Below are positions 9,299 through 23,785 of a DNA stretch of 64,000 bases, in pieces. Each line of letters begins with the position of its first letter. Position 1 is the first letter of the stretch. Origin of the DNA: Actinomycetes bacterium (GTDB lineage: Bacteria; Actinomycetota; Actinomycetes; Actinomycetales; Dermatophilaceae); NCBI GenBank assembly GCA_023420415.1, contig JAEZWF010000017.1:39501-103500 (forward strand), given 5' to 3'. The notes under the pieces are model-generated. The model saw nothing but the letters and a program-made list of their open reading frames with translations, did no database searches and was not told where the DNA came from. Both the position numbers and the translations under genes were made by a program.

Positions 9299-10088
9299 CG
9301 TCACCCTTCGCCCACCCGAGGACCGTCTTCGCCAGGGGCGTCCACTGTGGGTCGGCGTCGGTGCCGTCGTTGAGCATTCCCCACCCGTGACCGGATTCCG
9401 TTGCCACCCAACGTTTTTGCTTGCTCGGCGCAGAGTTGAAGGCGGCGCGCACCTTGTCGGGCTCCATCTCGAGGTCGTTGGTGGCCATCGCCACCAACAG
9501 CGGCACGGTGATCGACGGCGTCGCCTCGGCCGCCGTGGGCAGCCCCTGGTAGCTGAACGGCCCGGACAGGTCGACCACGGCGTCCGCGCCAGCCTTGCTG
9601 CCGGCTGCCAGGGCCGTCGCCCCGCCGAGCGAGGCGCCGATGACCGTGACACGTTTCGCGCCCTGCCCGCGGGCCCAGTCGACAGCCAGCTTGACCTGGG
9701 CCACCGGGTCGCTGGCGAACGCGCCCTTGCACTGCGCCTTGCCCCACCCGCACAGGTCGATGAGCACGCCCCGCACGCCCTGGTCGGCCGCCCACCCGGC
9801 ATACGGCACCCAACCGCAGAAGCCCGACGGCGCGGTCTGGTGCAGGTAGACCGCCGCCGTGTCCCCCTCGCCAATGCTGGCGCCGGTGACCACGCTGCCC
9901 TCCGGGCCCTCGAGTGAGATGAGCTCGCCCCCGTCGAACGGCACCTTGCACCGGTCCTCGATCGACGTCGCCGTCGGCGTGGGCCGTGCCGTGGACGCCG
10001 AACCCGTCGACCCGTCAGTCGAGCCTCCACCGCCGCACGCAGTCAGCAGCATGATGGTCGCGGCCAGCCCCGCCGCAAGTCGCCTCAT
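9282..10088 (-). CDS. Alpha/beta-hydrolase lipoprotein
   Basis: Lipobox LTAC, nucleophile motif GASLG, downstream Asp and GHG. Confidence 0.8.
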   Translation of the reverse strand: MRRLAAGLAATIMLLTACGGGGSTDGSTGSASTARPTPTATSIEDRCKVPFDGGELISLEGPEGSVVTGASIGEGDTAAVYLHQTAPSGFCGWVPYAGWAADQGVRGVLIDLCGWGKAQCKGAFASDPVAQVKLAVDWARGQGAKRVTVIGASLGGATALAAGSKAGADAVVDLSGPFSYQGLPTAAEATPSITVPLLVAMATNDLEMEPDKVRAAFNSAPSKQKRWVATESGHGWGMLNDGTDADPQWTPLAKTVLGWAKGDVSSAG

Positions 10089-10109
10089 ATGTCAACATTG
10101 ACATATGAG
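10084..10109. promoter_or_regulatory. Perfect palindrome spanning both divergent start codons; candidate PadR operator
   Basis: CTCATATGTCAA-CA-TTGACATATGAG. Confidence 0.8.
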
Positions 10110-10728
10110 CCCCGAGGCGTCCATCCCCTCGCACCTCGGCGCTGCCATCCTCGGCCTCCTCGCCCGGCACGAACGCACCGGCTACGACATCGCCAAGGCG
10201 ATGGAGCAGCCGGTCGGCTACTTCTGGACGGCGCGGCACAGCCAGATCTACCCCGAGCTCGCACGCCTCGAGGACGCCGATCTCGTGCGTCACCGCGTCA
10301 TCGACGGCGCCGGCCCGCGACCCACCAAGAGGTATGCCGTGACGGCGACTGGGAAGCGTGCGTTGCGTTCCTGGGTGGTCGCCGAGCTGGAGCCGCAGCC
10401 GGTGCGCGACCTGGAGACCCTCAAGCTGTGGTCGATCTGGCTGGTGGCGCCAGAGGCTGCGAAATCCCTTGTGCGGGAGTCGCTTTCGGCGCACCAAGGC
10501 CGCCTCGCGGCATACGAGCAGGAACTCGCCGAGGTGAACGCCACCGACGAGTCACGCGACCCCAGCCAGCCACTGTTCGCCAGCAGGCTGACCCTCGAAG
10601 GCGGCGTCCGCTCCCGACGCGCCGCCGTGGAATGGTGCGAATGGATGCTCGATGAGCTGGACTGTGCCAGTGACCACCACCGAGCCGACGAGCACCACCA
10701 AGGTGACGGTCCTCGTCGAAGGACGTAG
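10105..10728 (+). CDS. PadR family transcriptional regulator
   Basis: AILGLL....TGYDI...FW.A.HSQIYPELARLE...TKRYAVT..GK.AL..W. Confidence 0.92.
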   Translation: MSPEASIPSHLGAAILGLLARHERTGYDIAKAMEQPVGYFWTARHSQIYPELARLEDADLVRHRVIDGAGPRPTKRYAVTATGKRALRSWVVAELEPQPVRDLETLKLWSIWLVAPEAAKSLVRESLSAHQGRLAAYEQELAEVNATDESRDPSQPLFASRLTLEGGVRSRRAAVEWCEWMLDELDCASDHHRADEHHQGDGPRRRT

Positions 10729-11234
10729 CGACGCTGCGGTGGTGTCCAGCCTGCTCGCGCACCACGGTCTCGCCGACGCCGACCTCATCGTCATGGACGG
10801 CATCACCAACATCGAGCGCCAGCTGGCACTGCTGTCCGCCGACGAGTGGGTCTCGGTGTGCGGCCTGTGCGACGTCGGCGAGGTCGGGTTCGTCGAGCGG
10901 GCGCTGGCCCGCCGCGGCATGGACGTGCGTGACCGCGACGACCTCGAGCGGCACGGGTTCTTCGTCTGCGACACCGATCTCGAGGACGAGTTGATCCGGG
11001 CGCTGGGCGCCGACGAGGTGGTGGCCGCCGTCACCGAGCTCGGTGAGCTGGGCCGGTTCCACACCTTCCAGAACCAGCCGGAGTGGCGCGAGCGCAGCAT
11101 CGAGGACCAGCTGCACCGGTTCGCGGGATCGGGGTCGGGACGCAAGCTGCGACTGGCCGAGGCACTGGCCGCGCGGCTCACCCCGACCACCACGCCGACA
11201 CCGTTGCGCCGCCTGGTCACCCACGTCGAGCAGC

Positions 11235-11245
<11 letters not shown>
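10652..11245 (+). CDS. Stand-alone OLD-like TOPRIM domain protein (start uncertain, GTG 10664 or 10670 possible)
   Basis: VLVEGRSD motif, GLCDVGE, FFVC..DLEDELIRALG. Confidence 0.75.
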
Positions 11246-13037
<1,792 letters not shown>

Positions 13038-13040
13038 GCG

Positions 13041-13979
13041 TCAGCCCGGCCGTGGTCCGCCGATGACGTGGGCGCCGTGCGCCGGGCCGGTGGCGCGACG
13101 CACGTCCTGCACCGCGCCCGAGGCCGTGAGCGCCACCGCGAGGTCCAGGGCGGACTCGTTGCCCTCGCAGAGGAAGGCCACGGTCGGACCCGACCCCGAC
13201 ACGACGCCGCCCACGGCACCGAACTCCAGCCCCGCGTCGATGACGTCCGCGAGCGCGGGCATGAGCGACAGGGCCGCCGCCTGCAGGTCGTTCTGCAGAG
13301 CGGCACCGAGCGCCCGTGCGTCGCCCGATCGCAGCGCCTGCATCATCTCCGGCGTCGGCACCGGGTCGGGCACCGCGGCCCCGCCCCGCAGCCGGTCGCA
13401 CTCGGCATACACGGCAGGGGTCGAGAGCCCGCCCTCGCTGAGGGCGAGGACCCAGTGGTAGGTGCCCCGCGCGAGCACCGGCGCGAGGATCTCGCCGCGC
13501 CCCGACCCCATCGCCGTGCCACCACTGAGCAGGAACGCGACATCGCTGCCGAGCCCGCCGGCGATCTCCTCGAGCTCCTGCTTCGGCGTGCCGAGCCCCC
13601 ACAGGTGGTCGCACGCGACCAGGGTCGCGGCCGCGTCGGCCGACCCGCCGGCCATGCCGCCGGCGACCGGGATGTCCTTGCGGATCGCGATGTGCACCGG
13701 CTCGTCCAGCCCCGCCTGCTCGGCCATCACCTGTGCGGCGCGGGCGGCCAGGTTGGTGCCGTCGACGGGCACACCGAGCGACTGCGGCCCACTCACCGAC
13801 AGGCCCCATTCCGGGGCCGAGGTGACGGTCACCTCGTCGAAGAGGTTGACCGCATGGAAGACGGTCGCGAGCGGGTGGTAGCCGTCGGCGCCCGGCGGCC
13901 CGACCAGCAGCTCGAGGTTGATCTTGGCCGGCACCCGCACCGTCACCGAGGCGCTCGGCGGCAACGCGGCTGAGGTCAT
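13041..13979 (-). CDS. ispE: 4-diphosphocytidyl-2-C-methyl-D-erythritol kinase
   Basis: PAKINL, IPVAGGMAGGSADAA, LGSDVAF, VSGSGPT. Confidence 0.96.
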   Translation of the reverse strand: MTSAALPPSASVTVRVPAKINLELLVGPPGADGYHPLATVFHAVNLFDEVTVTSAPEWGLSVSGPQSLGVPVDGTNLAARAAQVMAEQAGLDEPVHIAIRKDIPVAGGMAGGSADAAATLVACDHLWGLGTPKQELEEIAGGLGSDVAFLLSGGTAMGSGRGEILAPVLARGTYHWVLALSEGGLSTPAVYAECDRLRGGAAVPDPVPTPEMMQALRSGDARALGAALQNDLQAAALSLMPALADVIDAGLEFGAVGGVVSGSGPTVAFLCEGNESALDLAVALTASGAVQDVRRATGPAHGAHVIGGPRPG

Positions 13980-14088
13980 GCCGCCACCCTAGTGGGGGGT
14001 CGCCGCACGTCGCTGACCCGGACATCTGCACAGAACCTTCACAGGTCGTGCCCGTCTCCTGACCACACGCCCTCCTACGCTCGGTCCC

Positions 14089-14826
14089 GTGAGCCAACCC
14101 AGCAGCCCGCGCATCCTCGTGGTCGAGGACGAGCGCACCATCGCCGACGCCGTCACCGACCGGCTCGTCGCCGAGGGCTTCGAGGCGACCGCGGTGCACG
14201 ACGGGCTCACCGCTCTCGACCGCGCCCGCGAGTGGTCACCCGACCTGGTCGTGCTCGACATCATGCTTCCCGGCCTCGACGGCCTCGAGGTATGCCGCCG
14301 GCTCCAGTCCGAGCCGACGTCACCTCCGGTGCCCGTCCTCATGCTCACCGCCCGGGACGACGAGACGGACATGCTGGTGGGCTTGGGGATCGGCGCCGAC
14401 GACTACGTGACCAAGCCGTTTTCCATGCGCGAGCTGGTCGCCCGGATCCGCGTCATCCTGCGTCGTGTCGAGCGCGCCGCGGCAGCTGCCGCCGACCACG
14501 GTGCGAGCTCGCCGGGCAGCGACCGCGCCACGGCTCGCGTGCACGAGGTCGGTCCGGTGCGCATCGACCAGGCCCAACGGCGGGTGTGGAACGGCTCCGA
14601 CGAGGTCCACCTGACACCCACCGAGTTCGACCTGCTCGCCGCGCTGGCGGTCGAGCCAGGCACGGTCCTGAGCCGCGAGACGCTGCTCGCCGAGGTGTGG
14701 GGTTGGGGCGACGCCAGCGGCACCCGCACCGTCGACAGCCACGTGAAGTCGTTGCGCCGCAAGCTCGGTCAGGACCGGTTCCGCACGGTCCACGGCGTCG
14801 GGTACGCGCTGGAGACCGGTCGATGA
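14089..14826 (+). CDS. OmpR-family response regulator
   Basis: ILVVEDE, LDIMLPGLDG, GADDYVTKPF, winged helix LTPTEFDLL...TVDSHVKSLRRK. Confidence 0.95.
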   Translation: MSQPSSPRILVVEDERTIADAVTDRLVAEGFEATAVHDGLTALDRAREWSPDLVVLDIMLPGLDGLEVCRRLQSEPTSPPVPVLMLTARDDETDMLVGLGIGADDYVTKPFSMRELVARIRVILRRVERAAAAAADHGASSPGSDRATARVHEVGPVRIDQAQRRVWNGSDEVHLTPTEFDLLAALAVEPGTVLSRETLLAEVWGWGDASGTRTVDSHVKSLRRKLGQDRFRTVHGVGYALETGR

Positions 14827-17366
14827 GCCAGGAACCGAGGACGCCCTACGGGCTGCGTCCGCTGGACCCGGTGCGCTCGATCAAGACCAAGCTGGGCGCC
14901 CTCGTCGCCGTGACCGTTGCGGTGGCCACCCTGCTCGCGGTGCTCGCCACACGGGCCGGCTGGTCGCCGTGGCTGGTTGTCCCAGCGGCTGTCCTCGTGG
15001 GCCTCGGGGTGACCCAGCTGCTGGCGCGGGGCATGACGAAACCGTTGCGGGACATGACGATTGCCGCGGGGCAGATGGCCCAGGGGGACTACACGCAGCG
15101 CATCCGCACCGACTCCCGCGACGAGGTGGGTGAGCTGGCGCGGGCGTTCAACCGGATGGTCGCCACCCTGGAGCTCGTCGACCGGCAACGCCGCGACCTC
15201 GTCGCCAACGTGTCGCACGAGCTGCGCACCCCCATCACCGCGCTGCAGGCCGTGCTGGAGAACCTCGTCGACGGCGTCTCCACCCCCGACCAGGCCACCC
15301 TGGCCGCAGCCCACGCCCAGACCGAACGGCTCAGCCGACTCGTCTCCGACCTGCTCGACCTGTCGCGCGTCGACGCCGGCATCGCCCCCTTCCGCGTCGT
15401 CGACGTGCCCGTCGCCGACGTGCTCGAGGACGCCGTGAACCAGGCCCGCAAGGACGGCCTGCGGTATGCCGTGCGGGTCGACCCCGCCGACCTCACCGTC
15501 CCGGGCGACCCCGAGCGGCTGCACCAGCTGCTCGCCAACCTGCTCGACAACGCTGCCCGGCACAGTCCCGAGGGTGGCGAGATCCGAGTCACCGCAACGG
15601 TTTCCGGCGAAGAGGTGGTCCTCACCGTCGCCGACCAAGGACCCGGCATCGCCCCCGCTGACCGCGAGGCGGTCTTCGAGCGCTTCACCACCAGCTCGGC
15701 CCAGCACAGCGGCACCGGCCTCGGCCTGGCCATCGCCCGCTGGGTCGCCCAGCTCCACGGCGGCGCCATTGCCGTCGCCGACTCGGCCACCGGCGCGCTC
15801 CTGCGCGTGTCCCTCCCGCGTGACCACGACCGACCCGTCCGCCCCCAGGAGGCACCGACGATGAGCACCCTCACACCGCCCGCCCCGCGACCGGCGAGCC
15901 CTCCCCCACCGCCGGGAGCACTCGAGCTGCGCCGGTTCTGGCCCGACGCGGGTGCCGGACGCCCCGGCATCGTGGCCGCCTGCGCCGTCGCCGGCATGCT
16001 GGCCGCGCTGATCTGGCCAGACCGACCGATCGGTCTCGGTGTGGCGTTCGTCTTCGCGGTCATCTGCGGCGTGGTGCTGTTCGCCGGGAGCTGGCGGCCG
16101 CGGACGTGGGTTGACTGGGCCGACACCGCCCTCGTCACCGTGTTGTTGGCGATGCTCGTCGTGCGCGATGCCGCGTGGATCACGGTGCTGTGCCTGCTCG
16201 CCGCGCTCGCCCTCGTGGTCGTCAACGTCACGAAGGCCCGCACCGTGCTCGGCATGCTGCTCGCCGCCGCGGCAGTGCCGTTCGCCGCCCTGCGCGGCCT
16301 GCCCTGGCTGGGACGGTCGGTCCGCCCGGCCCACGGCGTGCGCGCGTGGCTGCCGATCGCCCGCACCGCCCTCGTCACCCTCGTGCTGCTGGTCGTCTTC
16401 GGCGCCCTGTTCGCCTCCGCCGACGCCGTCTTCGCCACCTGGGTCGACGCCATCACCCCGAACATCTCGATCGGCGACGTGCCGGCCCGGATCGTGCTGG
16501 GAGTCTTCATCGCTGCGGGAACCCTCACCGCGGCATACGTCGCCCTCGCTCCCCCTGCCGTCGACTCGGTGCGGATCCCGCTCAAGGCGAGCCGGCGCCG
16601 GTTCGAGTGGCTGGCTCCGCTCGTGGCGGTGGACGCGGTCTTCGCGGTCTTCCTCGTCGCGCAGGCGACGGCGCTCTTCGGCGGTCACGCCTACCTGCGC
16701 GAGACGACCGGGCTGACGTATGCCGACTACGTGCACCAGGGCTTCGGGCAGCTCACCGTCGCCACCATCCTCACGCTGACCGTCATCGCGTGGGTCGCGC
16801 ACAAGGCGCCGGCCGACCTCGTGCGCAACCTCGCGCTCGGCGCGCTCGGCGTCATGACCCTCGTGGTTGTCGTGTCGGCGCTCTACCGGATGAGCGTCTA
16901 CGAGCAGGCGTACGGCTTCACGCGGCTGCGGCTGCTGGTGTCGGTGTTCGAGGGCTGGCTCGGCGTCGTCGTGCTGCTGGTGCTGGTCGCGGGTGCTCTT
17001 GGCCGCGCGGGGTGGCTCGTGCCGACCGCGGTGCGGCTCGGGGCGGTCGGGCTGCTCGGGCTCGCGGTGCTCAACCCGGACCTGTGGATCGCCGAGCACA
17101 ACCTGGCCCGGCAGGACACCGCGACGGTGCCCGTCGACTACGTCTACCTGAGTGGCTTGTCCGCCGACGCCTACCCCGCGCTGTGGCAGCTCCCCGACCG
17201 CGAGTTCGCCTGTGTCACGGGGACCGGAGAGCTGACGCCTCCCGGACGCGGCGACTGGCTGGACTGGAACCTCGGCCGCTCCACCGGTCTGGACCTGGTG
17301 GCCGACCGGCCGCTGGCGACGACGGCTCAGGCCACTGCGGCCGGCTGCGACACACTTCCCCGCTAA
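14823..17366 (+). CDS. HAMP histidine kinase continuing in frame into a DUF4153/DUF4173-like multi-pass membrane domain
   Basis: H-box VSHELRTP, N-box NLLDNA, DQGPGI, GTGLGLAI; no stop before the hydrophobic domain (LFASAD.VF, TYADYVHQGFGQL, YEQAYGFT.LR). Confidence 0.85.
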   Translation: MSQEPRTPYGLRPLDPVRSIKTKLGALVAVTVAVATLLAVLATRAGWSPWLVVPAAVLVGLGVTQLLARGMTKPLRDMTIAAGQMAQGDYTQRIRTDSRDEVGELARAFNRMVATLELVDRQRRDLVANVSHELRTPITALQAVLENLVDGVSTPDQATLAAAHAQTERLSRLVSDLLDLSRVDAGIAPFRVVDVPVADVLEDAVNQARKDGLRYAVRVDPADLTVPGDPERLHQLLANLLDNAARHSPEGGEIRVTATVSGEEVVLTVADQGPGIAPADREAVFERFTTSSAQHSGTGLGLAIARWVAQLHGGAIAVADSATGALLRVSLPRDHDRPVRPQEAPTMSTLTPPAPRPASPPPPPGALELRRFWPDAGAGRPGIVAACAVAGMLAALIWPDRPIGLGVAFVFAVICGVVLFAGSWRPRTWVDWADTALVTVLLAMLVVRDAAWITVLCLLAALALVVVNVTKARTVLGMLLAAAAVPFAALRGLPWLGRSVRPAHGVRAWLPIARTALVTLVLLVVFGALFASADAVFATWVDAITPNISIGDVPARIVLGVFIAAGTLTAAYVALAPPAVDSVRIPLKASRRRFEWLAPLVAVDAVFAVFLVAQATALFGGHAYLRETTGLTYADYVHQGFGQLTVATILTLTVIAWVAHKAPADLVRNLALGALGVMTLVVVVSALYRMSVYEQAYGFTRLRLLVSVFEGWLGVVVLLVLVAGALGRAGWLVPTAVRLGAVGLLGLAVLNPDLWIAEHNLARQDTATVPVDYVYLSGLSADAYPALWQLPDREFACVTGTGELTPPGRGDWLDWNLGRSTGLDLVADRPLATTAQATAAGCDTLPR

Positions 17367-17374
17367 GGCTGCCC

Positions 17375-17428
17375 CGAGTCTTCGGAGCTTTTCACTGGCT
17401 GGAACCAGTGAAAGTTTCCGAAGACTCG
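17375..17428. terminator. Long hairpin between convergent genes
   Basis: CGAGTCTTCGGAGCTTTTCACTGG-CTGGAA-CCAGTGAAAGTTTCCGAAGACTCG. Confidence 0.75.
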
Positions 17429-17430
17429 CG

Positions 17431-18318
17431 TCAGGGCGGGGGCAGGGCGGCGCGGGCGGCGGCGATGGCGGCGAACTGCTCGACGCCGAGCTGCTCACCG
17501 CGGGTGCGCGGGTCGATCCCGGCCGCCACGAGGCACTCCTCGGCGCGCGCGGCCGACCCGGCCCAGCCGGCCAGTGCCGCGCGCAACGTCTTGCGCCGCT
17601 GGGCAAAGGCCGCGTCGATGCACGAGAACGTGTCCTCCCGCGTCGCCCCGACCTCCGGCGGGTCGCGGCGCACCATCTCCACGAGCCCGGAGTCGACGTT
17701 CGGCACCGGCCAGAACACGCCCCGCGGGACGTTCCCCGCGAGCCGCACCGCGGCATACCAGGCGGCCTTGACGCTCGGCACGCCGTAGGTCTTGCTGCCC
17801 GGGGTGGCGGCCAGCCGCTCGGCCACCTCCAGCTGCACCATGACGAGGACCCGCCGCAGCGTCGGGAACGCCTCGAGGAACGACAGCACGACGGGCACCG
17901 AGACGTTGTAGGGCAGGTTGGCGACCAGGGCCGTGGGTTGCGGGTCGGGCAGCTCGCGCACGTGCATCGCGTCCGCGTGGACGAGCGTGAGCCGGTCGGC
18001 GTATGCCGGCGCGAGCCGGCTCACCGTGTCACCGAGGGCTGCCGCGAGGGTCGGGTCGACCTCGACCGCGGTCACGTGCCCGGCGACGGGCAGCAGGGCG
18101 AGGGTGAGCGACCCGAGACCGGGACCGACCTCGACAACCGAGTCGTCCGGGCCGACCTCGGCGAGGCGCGCGATCCGCTTGACCGTGTTGGCGTCGACGA
18201 CGAAGTTCTGGCCCCACTGCTTGGTGGGCCGCAGCCCGAGCCCGGTGGCGAGCTCGCGGATCTGCGCCGCACCGAGGTAACCCGAGGGCTGCTCCGCGGC
18301 ACCGACCTGCTCACCCAT
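17431..18318 (-). CDS. rsmA: 16S rRNA adenine dimethyltransferase
   Basis: [38 protein letters not shown]. Confidence 0.96.
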   Translation of the reverse strand: MGEQVGAAEQPSGYLGAAQIRELATGLGLRPTKQWGQNFVVDANTVKRIARLAEVGPDDSVVEVGPGLGSLTLALLPVAGHVTAVEVDPTLAAALGDTVSRLAPAYADRLTLVHADAMHVRELPDPQPTALVANLPYNVSVPVVLSFLEAFPTLRRVLVMVQLEVAERLAATPGSKTYGVPSVKAAWYAAVRLAGNVPRGVFWPVPNVDSGLVEMVRRDPPEVGATREDTFSCIDAAFAQRRKTLRAALAGWAGSAARAEECLVAAGIDPRTRGEQLGVEQFAAIAAARAALPPP

Positions 18319-18386
18319 GGGAGGTGACTCTATTGGCGTCGGTGGGCACGCGGCATACCGGCACTGGGCGTTGCCCCGAGAAACGC

Positions 18387-18423
18387 CGAGGACCGCACGA
18401 GCTCAAACCTCGTGCGGTCCTCG
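18387..18423. terminator. Hairpin downstream of rpfB
   Basis: CGAGGACCGCACGAG-CTCAAAC-CTCGTGCGGTCCTCG, perfect 15-bp stem. Confidence 0.7.
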
Positions 18424-18453
18424 AGTGAGGCGCTGTTGCCTCGATGCGTGGGA

Positions 18454-20739
<2,286 letters not shown>

Positions 20740-20743
<4 letters not shown>

Positions 20744-22551
20744 GCGATCGAGCCGAGCTCGTCCTCGACCACCGACTCGTCGAGCTTGGTGAAGATCGGT
20801 GTCGGCTTGGCCACGGGCGCCCCGACCGTGACGGGCACGGACTCCCAGCGCGGCGTCTGCGTGTACTCGCCCGTGACGATCGGGTAGACCCGCTCACGGT
20901 CGCCGTCGTCGAGCCCGTGGACCTCGTCGATCCTCGGCATCGGCATGAACTCGCCCTCGCCCCCGATAGCCGCGTGCACGGCATTCGAGGAGTGCGGCAG
21001 GAACGGCGCGAGGATGCGGTTGAGGTCGGCCACGGACTGCACGAGCGTGTGCAGCACGGTCGCCAGCCGCTCGCGCTGGTCCTCGCCCTTGAGCTTGAAC
21101 GGCTCGGTGTCGGTGACGTACTTGTTGACCTCACCGACGGTGCGCATCGCCTCGGCCACGGCTGCCTTGATCCGTTGCCGCGCAAGGAGATCGCCCACGG
21201 TGTCGAAGGCCGCGAGCACCTTGGCCCGCACCGCCTCGTCGACCGGCTCGAGCGGGCCGGGCTGCGGCACCTCGCCGAAGTTCTTGGCCACCATCGACGC
21301 GGTGCGGTTGACCAGGTTGCCCCAGCCGGCGACGAGCTCGGAGTTGTTGCGCTGCACGAACTCTGCCCAGGTGAAGTTGGCGTCCTGGTTCTCGGGGCCG
21401 GCCGCGCAGATGTAGTAGCGGATCGCGTCGGGGCCGTAGGTGTCGAGGACGTGCCGGATGCCGATGACGTAGCCGCGCGAGGTGGAGAACTGCTTGCCCT
21501 CCATCGTGAGGTACTCGCTCGAGACGACCTCGGTCGGCAGGTTCAGCTCACCGAACGAGCCGGGCTCGCCCCCGCGAGCCCCCCTCCCGGCATACCCGAG
21601 GAGCTCGGCCGGCCAGATCTGGGAGTGGAAGGTGATGTTGTCCTTGCCCATGAAGTAGTAGGACAGCTGGTCCTCGCCGGTGGCGTCGGCGTTCCACCAC
21701 TCGCGCCAGCGCTCGGGCTCGCCGAGGCGGCGCGCCCACTCGACCGACGCCGACAGGTAGCCGATGACCGCGTCGAACCAGACGTAGAGCCGCTTGGTCG
21801 GCTGGTCGCGCCAGCCCTCGAGCGGCACCGGGATGCCCCAGTCGATGTCGCGGGTCATCGCGCGCGGGCGGATGTCGTCGAGGATGTTGAGGCTGAACTT
21901 GATGACGTTGGGCCGCCACGTGCCACTCGCCTCGCGCCCCTCGAGCCACTCGCGCAGCGCATCGGCGAGCGCGGGCAGGTCGAGGAAGAAGTGTTGTGTC
22001 TCAACGAACTCCGGGGTCTCGCCGTTGATCTTGGACTTCGGGTCGATGAGGTCGGTCGGCTCGAGCTGGTTGCCGCAGTTGTCGCACTGGTCGCCACGCG
22101 CCTCGGGGTAGCCGCAGATCGGGCAGGTGCCCTCGATGTAGCGGTCGGGCAGCGTGCGGCCGGTGCTCGGCGAGATCGCGCCACGGGTGGTCTGCTCGAC
22201 CATGTAGCCGTTCTTCCAGACCTGGGTGAACAGCTCCTGGGCAACCGTGTAGTGGTTGACGGTCGTGGTGCGCGTGTAGAGGTCGTAGGAGCAGCCGAGG
22301 TCGGCGAGCTCGTGGGCGATGATCGCGTGGTTGCGGTCGACGAACTCCTGCGGCGTCACCTGCGCCTGGTCGGCGAGGACGAGGATCGGGGTACCGTGCT
22401 CGTCCGACCCGCTGACCATGAGCACGTCGTGGCCCGCCATCCGCATGTACCGGCTGAACACGTCGGAGGGCACGGCGAACCCGGCCACGTGGCCGAGGTG
22501 CCGCGGACCGTTGGCATACGGCCAGGCGACGGCGGACAGGACCTTGGTCAT
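20740..22551 (-). CDS. metG: Methionyl-tRNA synthetase
   Basis: [12 protein letters not shown], Zn-knuckle [30 protein letters not shown]. Confidence 0.97.
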
Positions 22552-22673
22552 GGGAGAAATCCTAGGGGTGGGCACCAAACGGGTTTCCCGCGCACATCCC
22601 GTATGCCGCGGGGCTCACCTCCCTGGCGCACCGCACCCTCGCTGCCACGCGGCATACCAGAGGCGGGACACCG

Positions 22674-22752
22674 AACTTTCGGCCACTGACCCGAATGCTC
22701 GACCACGCGCCCGCCCCACGCACGCGAACTTTCGGCCACCCGCCCGAAAACT
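22674..22752. repeat. Two AACTTTCGGCCAC-n-CCGAA hairpin repeats (period 53) left of the DUF559-like gene
   Basis: AACTTTCGGCCACTGACCCGAA at 22674 and AACTTTCGGCCACCCGCCCGAAAACT at 22727. Confidence 0.85.
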
Positions 22753-22825
22753 GCGCGCGCCCAGGCGCGCATGACCCTGTGGACAACTCCCGACCCGCTC
22801 GTGGCGAACCCGGCCCGGTGGTCAG

Positions 22826-23770
22826 GTGCCCCGACGAGCCCTCCCGAAACGCAAGTTCAACCCGCGGGTCCCCTTCACGCGCGCTGAGGCGAAGCGGGCG
22901 GGTGTCAACGACCAGGCGCTGGCCGGTCCCGGCTACCAGCAGGTGTTCTGGGGTGTCCACGTCTCCTCGGACATGCAGCTCACCCTGCCGCTTCGAGCCC
23001 TCGCCGCACTGACCATCTCCCCGGCCGACTCGGTCATCACGCACCACACGGCGGCGCGGCTGTGGGGCGCGGTCCCACCCGATTCTTCGGCGATCCACAT
23101 CACGGTGCCGCACAAGAACCGCCAGAAGGTGGACGGGATCCGACCACACCGCGTCGTGACGATGCCGGCATCCACGACCAAACGCGGTCTGCCCGTGACA
23201 TCCCCGGAGCGCACCTTCCTGGACCTGGGCCACCACTGTGACCTGGTGGAGCTGGTGGTGCTCGGGGACTCGTTGGTGCGCGCCAAGGCCACCACACCGG
23301 AGAAGCTCGTGGCAGCGGCAGCGGCATGGAAGGGGCGGCACGGTCGATTGCTGCAGCAGGCGGCATCTCTGGTGCGCGCCAAGGTCGACTCACCCATGGA
23401 GAGTCGGCTCCGGCTGCTCATCGTGCTGGCCGGCCTGCCGGAGCCAGTGGTCAACTTCGACGTCCTCGACGAGGGCGGCCGGGTGCGGTACCGCATCGAC
23501 CTGTCGTTTCCCCAGCAGCGGCTCGGCATCGAGTTCGACGGTCGGCACCACATCGAGCGCGAAGAGCAGTGGGAGAGCGACCTGGTGCGCCGTGAGGACC
23601 TCGAGGCCGAGGACTGGAAGTTCGTGGTGGTGGTCTCGTCGCAGGTGTACGGCGACCCCGCGAAGGTGCTGACCCGCGTGCGAACAGCCATGGCTTCGCG
23701 CGGCATCGCCGTGCCGCGCCAGCTCGACCCACAGTGGCGTCGACACTTCGGAAGCCGGGCCGATCTCTGA
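22826..23770 (+). CDS. AbiEi-like N-terminus plus DUF559/Vsr-like PD-(D/E)xK endonuclease domain protein
   Basis: HHTAARLWG, VTSPERTFLDL, DSPMESRLRLLIVLAGLPEP..N, RIDLSFP...GIEFDGRHH...DL.R.E.L...W. Confidence 0.8.
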   Translation: MPRRALPKRKFNPRVPFTRAEAKRAGVNDQALAGPGYQQVFWGVHVSSDMQLTLPLRALAALTISPADSVITHHTAARLWGAVPPDSSAIHITVPHKNRQKVDGIRPHRVVTMPASTTKRGLPVTSPERTFLDLGHHCDLVELVVLGDSLVRAKATTPEKLVAAAAAWKGRHGRLLQQAASLVRAKVDSPMESRLRLLIVLAGLPEPVVNFDVLDEGGRVRYRIDLSFPQQRLGIEFDGRHHIEREEQWESDLVRREDLEAEDWKFVVVVSSQVYGDPAKVLTRVRTAMASRGIAVPRQLDPQWRRHFGSRADL

Positions 23771-23785
23771 GCCACAGAGCCTTGG

